From assembly GCA_964603585.1 (NCBI GenBank), contig CAZRVK010000003.1, positions 67,693 to 131,692 on the forward strand: DNA of 64,000 nucleotides, given 5' to 3'. This document shows, piece by piece, positions 15,001 through 27,000 of this stretch. The notes below the pieces were generated by a model that worked only from the letters and a program-made list of their open reading frames with translations, was not told the DNA's origin and ran no database searches. Position 1 is the stretch's first letter, and every line of letters starts with the position of its first letter. This DNA comes from an uncultured Planctomycetales bacterium. GTDB lineage: Bacteria > Omnitrophota > Gorgyraeia > Gygaellales > Profunditerraquicolaceae. Position numbers and translations under genes: made by a program.

Positions 15001-18000
15001 CGAGCTCCGGAAGGCGTAAGGCATAAGCTTAAACTGCTGGTAAGAGAGCTTTTTAAAGACAGTTACGGCATATCTTTTGTCAGGTATTTTGTTGATATTG
15101 TAATCGATAATAATCTTGTGGATTCGATCCCTAAAATCGAAGAGGCCCTGCCTTGCATAAAGGAGTTCAGGCAAAGGTTTGAAGCCGCTCAAATAGAGGA
15201 ACACTTCATTCGTTCAATACTAAAAATGATATTGGCCTCTAAAGATATTGTGGGGCGCCTGCAGATCGCTTTAGATGCGGCAGGGTCATTGATGGCAGCA
15301 GGTTTGAGCAATGTTCAGTCAGCCAATATTATTAATTTGCGTATAGGAGAAAATGATGCAGAAAAGCTAAAGGCCAAGTTTGAGGCAATAGCCGTTGAGA
15401 TGAAAATGCTTAGGCAAGCCTTGCAGGCCAAAGGGTTAGGGGATTATTTTATGGATTTTGCCGGGATCATCGTTATGCAGAATGATGTGCTTGCTAAGGC
15501 ACAAGCCATAAGGGATTCTGCAGATGAGCTAAAGGATCTGATCGATTCCTTGAAAAAGATAAAAATGGAAGATAACGGCGCATTCGTGATCTTGAGGGAG
15601 GTGATCTTGCAGCCAGATATAGGGGCTGCAGCGCAAAAAATAATCCTGGACGCAGTGAGTATAGGAGATCTTTACAGGCTTAAAGAGGAAGGAGCTTTTT
15701 CTCGCAGCGTTGTAAGGGTTGTTTTGCCTGACAATAGCAGTGCCTCTGCTTTTTTCGCAAGTATCGATCGCGGTTATTATTTTCTTTTGACTAATACGCA
15801 TGTGGTTGGCCGAGACCGGGAAGTTATGCTTTTAACCAATGAGAAGACTCCGCGAAAGATAGGAACCGCGCACGTTGTCCTGCGCAATAAGGTCATTCCC
15901 AGGTTTGATTTCTTTGAGAATTCCGATTTTAACGCAACATTCGAAGAGAATGAATTTACCGATATCGCGGTCCTTGCTATTTCTGTCAAGGATGTAGAGG
16001 ATAATTTAGTCGGTGCTTTAAAGGTGATTCCGTTCTCTACAAAGATTGCCGAGCATTCTTTTTGCGCTGCTTTAAGCGGTGCTAAGGATTATTTGGGGAT
16101 TGGGATGCTGGCTTGCGCAGACAAGACCATCATGCTTAACGGCGTAAAGAATACCCCGGGTGATTCTGGCTCTCCGGTAATCGATCAGGATGGAAACGCT
16201 GTGGCAGTTATCGCCAAACGCAACGGGGGAGCGTATCTTATTACCGAGAGCGTAAAAAAAGGGCTTATCGATGCCGTTTTCGGCAGGGAATCAGAATTTA
16301 TCCCGGTAGCTGACGACCCGGATGAGCTTTTAGCCGTCCGGGAATTTGTTTTGAATATCCCTGCCATTGAAAATGAGGACATTTTAACCGGTGGGCAAAG
16401 GACGCCTGTTTCATTCATGGCTGCGCCGGTAGAGATCCTTACTAATCTGGCTTTAAGCTGGTGGATAGGATGGGGATTTTTGAATGCGGAGGTCTTACGC
16501 GCGGTAGGGATCCAGGTATCTCATGTGATAGATGTCACGCGTATTTTTATCCCGGATGTTTCAAGCCATGAAGATAGAGGCCTGAAGATCTTGCCCGGGG
16601 ATGATCTGGCCAGAGTGTTTGCCGATAACCAAAATCCGATTGTGATCGAAGTCGGGTTCGGCCGGGGGTTATTACTTGTCGAAATGGCTAAATCTAACCC
16701 CGGGATCAATTACGTTGGGGTCGAGTCCCAATTGTGTTTTGTCGAATTATTGAACCTGGAAGCTAAGCGTGCACAGGCGGCAATCGGCAATTTAAGATTA
16801 ATTGCCGCAAATGATATTACCACATTCCTGGAACAAAGGCGCCGCAATATCGTTTCCGAGATTTATTATATTGCGCTTAATCCGCGCCATGATGCGAATG
16901 CGATAAATACCCCGGCAGGTTTTAAGGCGATGGCAAGCTTATTAAAACCAGGGGGCAGGATATATATATCCACTGATACGCCGTTGTGTGAAGAGGCCTT
17001 ACGGTTATTCCATGAAGGATGTTTTAAAGATGTGACAATGGATCATAAGTTTCCCCATGCTTCAGAAGATTACGATGGTTGCGAGAACTTTAAATACGTT
17101 TTTGAGCGTAAAAAATCCGAAGAGGATAAGGTTTCTTTTATCCTCGGAGCCTTTGGCGCAGGCCAGGCCAGTGAGTTGCCGATAATGTCGGTAGTAAGTT
17201 TATTTATTCTTGCCGCAGCAATTTTATTTATCATTCAGTATGCCGTAGATTATAAAGGCACAAATCGTTTCGGCGAAGAGGCTGCAATGAATGAAGAAGT
17301 GGCTGGCTTTATCCGCAGTATAGAGGATGATTTCTTCCGCATTCTCGAAGAAGAAGGGCTGAATGATCATCCGAGATACCGCTGTATTATTGCCTCTAAA
17401 CTGCTGGCCTTCATTCTTACCGGGCATTTTGGCCTTCCGATCGGAGGCAATAATCCGGACCGCATTGAGGTGGTTCCCGGGTTTTACCGGATAAGGGATC
17501 AAGGCGGCCGTTATCATCACTGGATCGCCATTTATTTTAAGAATAAACCGGCACTTTATATTGATGCTGCGTATGGACAGTTTGATGAAGCCTGCCAATC
17601 TAAGATTATCGTGGGCCTATATCAGGATGCGGTATCCCGGTATGAGCTTACGGAGTCAAAGGATAAATTTGCGCAGATCCTTAAAGAAGAGGGGCTGGAC
17701 CCGGAATATGCTCCTTTAGCCGTTACAATACGCCCCGAGTATTGCGAGTTCTTGCGTGATACCCGCATCCGAAAAGGGGAATTGACCAATCTTGGCCGGG
17801 AAATAGAGACAAAGATCGAAAAAGCCTGCGCCGCATTTAAGGCTAAAACCAAAGAAATTAAAGAGCGGCAGAGGCAAATGGTTTCGCATGAATTAGCGGG
17901 TTGTTATCTGCATCGGTATAAAGGTCGGGTTATTCTGATCGGCGGATCCACCGGCAGCCTTGAGCCGATCAAAACTATCCTCAATAAACTGAAAGTGCCT

Positions 18001-21000
18001 TTTCCTCCGGTTATTGTCGTTAAACATTGTGTTGAACCTGATGTTGCTTTGGGCATGATCAAAGATCTTCATCTGTCTGCGCAGATAATTAAAGGCGGTG
18101 AATTGATCCTGCCGTCAAAGGTATATTTTGCCGTTTCCGGCAGGCAGCTAAATTTCGCAGAAGACGATTATGGGTACCGCCTGCGGTTGTTAAGAGCTTC
18201 AAGCAGTAAGCTCGGGTTTGTTCCGTCTATTGACAAATGCTTTAAGTCAGCGGCGAGAATTATTGGTTCGGATACAGTTGGAATAATCTTAAGCGGGTGG
18301 GGTGATGATGGGGCAAAAGGGATCGTAGATATCTATGAGGCAGGAGGGTTGACGATTGCGCAGTATCCGGAAACCTGTTTAAGGCCGGATATGCCGCTAT
18401 CGGCTATTCAGACCGGAGAGGTTAGCCATATTTTAGTCCCGGAGGCGATCGGAGATCTTATTGCTCAAAATAAAGAGCGGCCCGGGGAATTTGCATATTG
18501 TCTTATGTTTCTGCCTATCACGGCCTTTATTATTGCTTTGTTTTATTTGTTGCTGGATCCGTTTAAGTTTGCACAAGGAGTGGGGATTTCTTCGCAAGGT
18601 TTAATTAATGATAGTAATGAAAACATGGTTTGGCGGATAAAATTTTTAATGAAAAAGCGAGGTTGGAACGCATCCGGGCTTGTACGTGAAATTCATCGTA
18701 AGGCAATAGCCTTAGGCCAACTTCCGGAAACCACTCCGGAGGCGGTATGGCGCTGGCTTACTGGAGAGCACCATCCGGATATAAAGATAATCCCTGTATT
18801 AGCTGCGGCATTAAAGGTTGATCCTTGTTGGTTGGTTTCGGGCCTGCCTTTAGCGGCTGCGATGCGCCAGGAGGTTTTGCTTCCTAATGAGAAGGAAAAA
18901 GCCGGTTCAAGCTTGGGCAGGCGGGTGTTAATTTTACGCTGGGTGCGCGGGATGACATCGGTAGAACTTGCCAGGCGGGTTGGGATGAGCCTGGGTAACC
19001 TCAATAATATCGAACAGCATCTTAAAACCTATCCGCGTCCTGTATATATAGGTAAGATTGCCCAGGCCCTGGGGGTAAGTCCGGCATTGATCCTGACAGG
19101 CTTTGAACGGAACCACGTGATCGCAAACCTTAAATATCCAAAGGACAGATTTTTATTTTTGCGATTATGTGCCTGTATGACCCAGGATGAGCTTTGGGAG
19201 AAATTAGTTGATCAATATGGAGCGGATATCGAAGGCCGGCCAACCGTGGCGCAATGGGAACGGGGCGTTGTTCCAGACGCGCCGCATATAAGAAAAGCGC
19301 TTAGCAGGCTGTATGGGGTATCTTGGTCCAGGTTGAGTGCGGTTAACCAAAACGGTAAAAGGCTTAGTGAATTCATGGAACTGGAGGCGGTTGCAAAGAC
19401 GCGTAATTATTTCGCCAAGATCATTGATTCTAATCTGCCGGATTCCTCGATTGTAGTACGTTTCCCAGCGATTGTAAGCGATATTATCATGGCCGATCAA
19501 ATCGGTTATGATATTGGCCCGGTAGTCAATATACTCTTTGATCTGGTGAATAAAGATGTAAATGGCAAAAGGGCAGTCCGTATGAAGAAAATACTCCATG
19601 CCCTGGATTTTTACCAAAAACTTTTTCTTCTGCGGGCAGGGACATGGAGGGCCAGGGATGAACGGGCAAAATATTTTGCCAGCGTTGTACTCAAAGATCT
19701 TTTGAAAAAGATAAACGATTCTGGTTTAGGCAATAACCAGACGGCAAAGATAGCCCGGCAGGTTTTTTGGTGCGACATCGTAGATTTTTTAAGCGGCAAT
19801 CGCGGTAGAGAAAGTGCGGTTAAGTTCATTGAAGCGCAAAAAGATGCAGCCGTAGGTTTAAGTAGGGGACAATTGAATGGTTGTCCGGGTATCTGCCGCA
19901 GTCTTATGAATAGATATGGATTTATCAATATCGCTTTACGCCTGGGTTGGCCGATAGAGGGGATAAATTCTGGTCCCGGAGAGTTTGAAAATAACGCACA
20001 AGGATTTAAGAAACGGGTATTTGATTTTTACATTCGTAATCAACGTTTTCCTAAAGTAGAAAAAGGGGGATTAAAGGAGTCTGATGTTTGGGTGATCGAG
20101 CTTTCTAAATCGCTTCTTGGCGGCAGTCTTGCGATGTTCAAGCTAAGGTTTTTCGAAGAATTCTCCGATCAGATCAAAACATTGATACGGCGCTCTACTC
20201 CTACGGTCAAGAAACGCATGTATGCAGAATTGTTGAGCGTTTTGCCTTTTGACCGCGATGCACTGGAATTTGTATCGCAAGATGCCGTGGAACGCGCAAA
20301 AGATGAGGCGCGCATGCGTAAGATCGTGCGCGATTTTGATACTAACGTCAGGGTTTATCATTGGTATGATTACAACCTTGAAAATGATGAAAGGATATCC
20401 GAGGCGAAAGCCTCGGCTGATATGATCGTAAGTTACTCTGATTTCGGCTTGCTTTCTTCGGCGCAGCTTGTGGGTTTGTGGAGTGAAATGAAAAGAGGGA
20501 ATTCGATTGCCCGCAATTTCATTATGGATTCAAATACCGGGCTTATCGTTTCTTCAGCCCGGGATATCGCAAGGCGGCCGTTAGCGCGGAATATCAGCGT
20601 CGCGGAACTGCGCAATGAAGGGTGGTTTGGCCTGCGTATTGCCGCAGAAAGGTTTGATCCGGCACGCGGGAATAAATTTTCTACCTATGCGATGTGGTGG
20701 GTGATGCAGGCGCAGACACGGATGTGCCTGTACGGCGGCAGGACGATACGTGCGGATCCTGCCAAGGTCGCGCGTTTTTATCGTCTGCGGCAGAAATTAG
20801 CTGAACTTGATGGTGCGGGTTTCGAACAAAGGGCCAAGAAGAGTTATGCCATTATTTACGATAAGACTAAAAGGGAAGCCGATAAATTACGGGAACTTTT
20901 GGCAGGCGCGCTGAACACGAAGTCTCTAAGCGATAAAGTAGGTGCAGATGACGATGGTGCTATATTCTCGGAGTTTGTCGAGGATGTAAAATCCGAGGAT

Positions 21001-24000
21001 CCGGAAACTGCCGCAGGGATTTTCGATGAACGTGAATTTGTCAGGGATTGCCTCAAGCAAATGCCTAACGAAAGGGAAAGAAGGATACTGGAACTGCGCT
21101 ATGGCATTAACCCGCCTACTTTGGAAGAGTGGGGGATATTAAAAGGCCAAAAGCTCGGGCTTACGCGTAATCCTCTTAACGGATGGCCTAAAGGCAGGGA
21201 CCATTTAACTTTAGAAGAAGCAGGTTTGATTTACGGCATTACGCGTGAGCGTATCAGGCAGGTTGGCAAAAAAGCAGAAGAGCATTTTGCCGCGATCGTT
21301 CAGGTTTGCCGGCCTAAGGTTTGCGCTGGCCAAGGATCCGATCCGCATCGGAAAAAACCCGGGCAAACTCCCACAGAGGTTGATATGCAGGAAGATCTGC
21401 TTAGTTCCGGTTCACCTGTTGATAAGGATCCGTATCTTATAGAAGCAATCGATGAAGCACAGAGCCGCGTAGGCAGTAAAGATAGTAAAGTAATGATTGC
21501 ATTGCAGCAGTTACGGGATACTCTTGTTATTCGCGCAGGGCCGTTTAAATACATCTGGGGCGCATTTCGCGGACAAACCCTTTTTCTGGAAGAAACCCTT
21601 TTAAATGATCCTGCCTTACGTTTTGATCTTCTCGTAACTTTGATCCATGAGGCGCGCGTTATCGCTTATCCTTTAGCCAAAGATGAAGAAAATGAGACTT
21701 TTGCCCAGGATTGCATGAATTGGCTGCGTGAAGGGCTGGGGTTGGAATTTGTAGTCAAGGACCACGGGGCAAAGGATCTTGGTCCGGTGATTTATAAAGG
21801 GACTTTTTGCGATATCGCTTTGGATATTCCCGGTTATGCAAAACGCGGCATTAGTGTCCCGTTTATTTTGGATGTTACCCAGCACATGCCGCAGGGGATA
21901 TTTGAAATTATAAACCCCTTTGAGGTTAATAGCGATTGCGGCGGCAAAGGAGGTCTTAAGGAACTATTACAGGTTTGCCATCAGTACGGAATGCATCCGG
22001 TGGCGCCTGCGATCTTCAATCATATTTCTCGCTTTAGCCCTCTTTGCCGGGATCAACCCGGGTGGTTCATTCGTGACCGCCATGGTAAGATCATGTCTGC
22101 TACTGACCGGCGCCATGACGGGGTCTATTCCTGGGAGTGGCGGAACCTTGCGCAATTAGATTTAACTAACCCAAAAGTCCGGGAGTTTATTTTACAGATA
22201 GCGCGGCATCTTATTAACCTTGGTTTTGACGGTCTTTGGTTGGATGCCGCAGGTGCTTTATTAAATAGGAACATCAAGCGCAACTGGACAGATCTTTTAA
22301 GCCCGGGCGTCGGCTCTGTGATGCAGGAAGAGTTGATCCCGCAAATCTTACGCCAGATCCGCAAAATTAAACCAGAGGCCAGGCTGGTTGCCGAATCTTT
22401 TGACCCCCAGGATCGTAAAGAACTGGAGGGTATGGGGGTTGATTTAACCATGGATTGGGAGGCGATCGAAGCCATAAGCGATACATTCAAATGGCCAAAC
22501 TCTTCCAAACTTCGAGATGTCTTAAATAGCGCTTATCGGCTGAACCTGGAGAGACGGATACTCCATCGGCTTAATCATGATAAATCGGATTCCCGTACTC
22601 ATTCTGTTCATTTCTCGAGAGAAGAAGTGTCATTTACCGCGGCATTTATGGCGGCTTTGCCGGGAGCTTTCTGGTGGTTCGAAGGCGAATTGGAGGGCCG
22701 GGATTATTTTTATCATCGCAGAGGTGTAATTCCTGTTTCTTCATCGGATGATGATAAAGAATTAGCAGGTTTTTATGACGGGTTTTTAAGGTTGGTTTCA
22801 CGCCCGGTATTCCGCAGAGGTGAGTTTTATATCCTTCAGGCGAAAAACCCGGGGGATTTGATTTCTCCTGTTTGTGCCTTTGCCCGTAAACTAAAAGATG
22901 AATTGGTTATAGTGGCAGCTAATCCCAGCGTCTTTAAAGGCAATGACGGATTGTCCTGGGCAACTTTTAATCTGGAAGGCCTTATTGGTTCTGAAGATTG
23001 CGATTTTCTGGTTGAAGATTTATTGACCCAAGAACGATTCCCAGGGGTTTCCTCCCAGGTTATCCGCCGCCATGGTTTGCCGGTAGGGGTTAAGCCTAAG
23101 GGGGTGCAATATCTTAAATTGACCAGGAAGGACACCTTTGGTACAAGTAATGTTTCTTCTTTTACTTTGGGCTTATTTGCCGGGCAGGTCCTTTCAGGGC
23201 CTTTTTTAGCCTTTGCCTTTGCGATCATTTGCTTAATGTTGATAATGCCCCAATATGCGGTTGGAGTATCGGGTAAGGTTATTAATTCAGCAAATATGGG
23301 GGGAGAAAAAGAAAATGACTATTTATCTTCTCCGCATCTGCCGTATCGGTATGTTACTTTTAAATCGGATCATTTCTATGCCATTACAGCGCTTTGCGGG
23401 ATTAAATCCCTTCCTATGGATATCCAGCCTGCCTGCGGCGGGGTGGTGTTTAGAGAATATCCCGGGTGTGATCTTTGCGAGCAGGCGGTGGTCAGTTCTG
23501 CGAAAGAAGAAGCCAAAATATTAGCAGCGGAAACTGACCGGATATCCGCATTGTGGAATATTTATTTAAGAGGCGCGGCAACCGTGATCATTTCAGACGG
23601 AAAAATAAGCAAAAAAAATGTTTTATCTGTTTGGGCGCGGTATTTAGCGGCAAGAAAAATGCTGGGGTGGCGCTATATAGTTACCTCCGATCTGGGGACA
23701 ACCGAGCAGGATATGAATGTTATCCGAGATAGTGCTTATGAATCGGCCCTGCAGGGATATCTTGGCCGCGGGCATATTAAACGTTATGCTAAATCCCGGA
23801 TAAAAAGGATTTTACGCCAAAAGGATTGGGAAAAGCTTGACCATGGTCTTTCCTGGAGGTTAAAGTTGATCAATCCGGCTGCCGGAGCAACCGAGGACAG
23901 GGGGGGGTATCCGCCTTTTGCTTGGTTATTGGGAGGGATCAGTTTAGTCTCGGTGATCAGGATGGTGTTAGGTCTGAAGGATTATTCCGAAGTCACGAAC

Positions 24001-27000
24001 ATTATTGTAGATGGTTTTGGCCGAACGGGTCAGATGATTACCAGGGCTTTGATCACTAATCTTCCGGAAGATATACGGTTTATCGGTATTTCCGGCAAAG
24101 GAGCGCTTGCAAAAGGTATTTATAGCAGTGTCGGTATCGATAAGATTGACCTTTTAAAATGTATCCCGGAAGTTGAAAAGGGCCAGGATGTGAGTTTAGT
24201 CCCGATTTTTGCCGATAAATGCCGTATCCTGGATAAAGAAGAAATGCTGGCGCAGGAAACAGGTATTGTTATCCTTGCTGACCGCGATCGTAAACTGGGA
24301 TTGGATGAGCTTGGTAGAATTAAAGCGGCGGTTGTAGTGGAAGCCATTCCCGGGATATTGTCGCGCCGCCAGATCGAATGGCTGCGCAGCCAGGGCAAGT
24401 TATATGTTTCCCCAGTCTGGGTAAATGGAGGGATACTTTTTGGCGCTCGAGAGGAGATCCTGCACCGGCTCTCAACCAAGGAGAATAAACATATTTCCGA
24501 TATGCATTGGCATGTGCAAAGCGGGGCAAGTGAATTTGCTTTTGCCACCGTATTCGAAGAATTTATCCGGTGTGAACGGGAAGGTTTTCCCAACACCGTA
24601 AATCCAGGGGCGTGGCATATGGGCCGGGAAATGGCGGCTCTTATCCGCAGGCGGGAATATTTATTTTGGATGAAGGTTCAAGCAATGTCGAAGAGAATCC
24701 ATAAAAATGGGTTGCAGGGTCTTGTGGATACAAAAGATGGATGGCGGGCAGGCATGAAATTGATGCCATACTCTGAAAACGAGTTTATTCCGGTGATAAA
24801 CCTGGCGATCATGAATTATTTTAAAGGCAGGAATTGCGCCTTTTCTTTTAGCAGTGCGATAGCCGAAATCGCCCGCCAAGAGATCATCTTTAATGATGCT
24901 TCCGCAGAGGATGCGGTTGGTGCCTTAAAAATTGACCGGAATGAGCTGTTTAATTCTGTTTTCGACCTGTGGAAGCTAAACCAACGACTCACGGTACAAC
25001 AGGCAATGGATATCCTGGGGTTGACTGGCCGGTATAAAGCCGAGTTGATCCATTACGCTCTGTTGAGGATTAACCGGATCAGCCAGGCAGGAGACTTTTC
25101 GATAGATGATAAAGATAAGGTTTTAGAACAACTCTTGGTCATTGATGAACGGATAAAGCGAGTAGCGGCTTTTAATTTGAGCCGGCTGTCCCGCTCTCTG
25201 GATAAATTGGATTTGATCGATGATGCTGTGGATGGATTATTAAAACAATTGAAAGACGGCAGTTCTTTCCATATCCGGGCTAATTCTGCTCATGCCCTGG
25301 GATTTATTTATCCATATATACACCGGGATGAACAGAGGAATGCCGTGGCCAGAGGCCTGCTAAGCGCATTTTCCGACCGTAATGAAGAAGTTTCGAGTTG
25401 GGCTTATTGGGCTATTTCGGTAAATGATATTGATCTTAAGGCGATGATCGGGCAGGTTTGCCTGGAAATAAAGTCTCTGCGCAGGGTGATTGCGGCTAAA
25501 CCCGGGCATATAGAAGTTTATTTGACCCGGTTAGGTAATTTATATCAGCTCAAAGCCAATATCCATGATTTCAATGGATCAAAGAAAAAGGCCCTGCATT
25601 GCCGTTTGCTGGCGCAAGAAGCATATAAAAAAGCGGAAAAAAGGCATGGGCCGCTGGCGTTGGAATATGCGCTTGTGTTAGCCAGGAGCTATCAGCAGTC
25701 AGGGAATATTCCGGCGGCAATCCGTGAATATCTTCATTTGGTTAACCCGTCATTGTTTAAAATAAGGGCAGGGTATCTTTATTCCGGGGATTTGGCGGAA
25801 CAGTCCCGCCTGTTGGCTTTAGAGGGGATCCTGCATATATATTGCCCGCTTTATTCGGATGCGAACATTCTTATTGCCGCCAGATTAAGTGATATTATGA
25901 CCAGCGTTAATTCTGGAAACATGCCCGGCCTTGATGCAGGATCGTGGCAGGCCAGGTTATTCAAGGCGGTGATACTTACCAATACGGATTTATCGGGATA
26001 TCAGATACCTTATCTGGGCTTACTGCTTGTTTATGGCACAGAGATCTTTCGTCAGCCAGATCAAATGCGGATACAGAATCTTTTAAGGGATATTTTGATG
26101 TTCCGGGGATTTTCTACTAAAAAAGGTAATACCAGATCAGAGTTTAAAATAAAACAAATGCTGCGTGCCCGGATCCGTTCAATGGGGCTTACGGCAGAAG
26201 AGGGCAGTCAGATAATGACCCTTTTTGAAGATTTGAATATTTTGGGAGGGCACAATGACTCTTTCCCGCAGCTTGCCGGCCCGGCCATACATCCTATCAC
26301 TGCCGGTGCAATGTTTAAGGCAGCCAAGGTTTATAAGAACGTTAAGGGTATAGCGGATAGATTTAAAAGGCTGGGGAATATTTTTTTAATGCTGGCTGTT
26401 GTATATACAAATGCCGGGCAGATGAAATATGCGGTGGATTCCGGTAAATTAACCGGCCCGCCGGCGCGGCAGGCAATAGAAGAATATATTATGGCTTTAA
26501 ATGATAACCAGTTAGAAGCCCTTCGGAATTATCCATTGGCGACAAATCTTACCTGGGATCTTGCGCTTAAACGAAAGACCCGGGCAATACTTAAGAAATT
26601 AGGCTATTCAAGCCAAGAAACGGATTTTTGTATAGAGCAGATCGATATCCATGAAGCATCCCGGTTTGAAGAACAAGCTATAAAGGCGCAGGCCTGTTCT
26701 TTGGCCAGATCTAAAAAGACGTTTGCCGAACCTGCCGTGGATGTGTGTTTAGATAAAAATGGTTTTAAGGAGATAAGGGTACCGCAGCTTCGTGGTAATT
26801 TGTTGATAACCGATGTTTCTTTCTCTCCGGTTGATGGTCGTATTTTGGAACTGACGCGTTGTGTTCTGGAAGAGGTCATTCGCCCCGGATACAAAGTCCT
26901 TGATCTGGGCACTGGCCCCGGGACAAATGGCATCATTGCCGGACAGGTGTTTAAACAGCAGGGCGATAAAGGTGAAATATTCCTTAGTGATATCGTTGCC

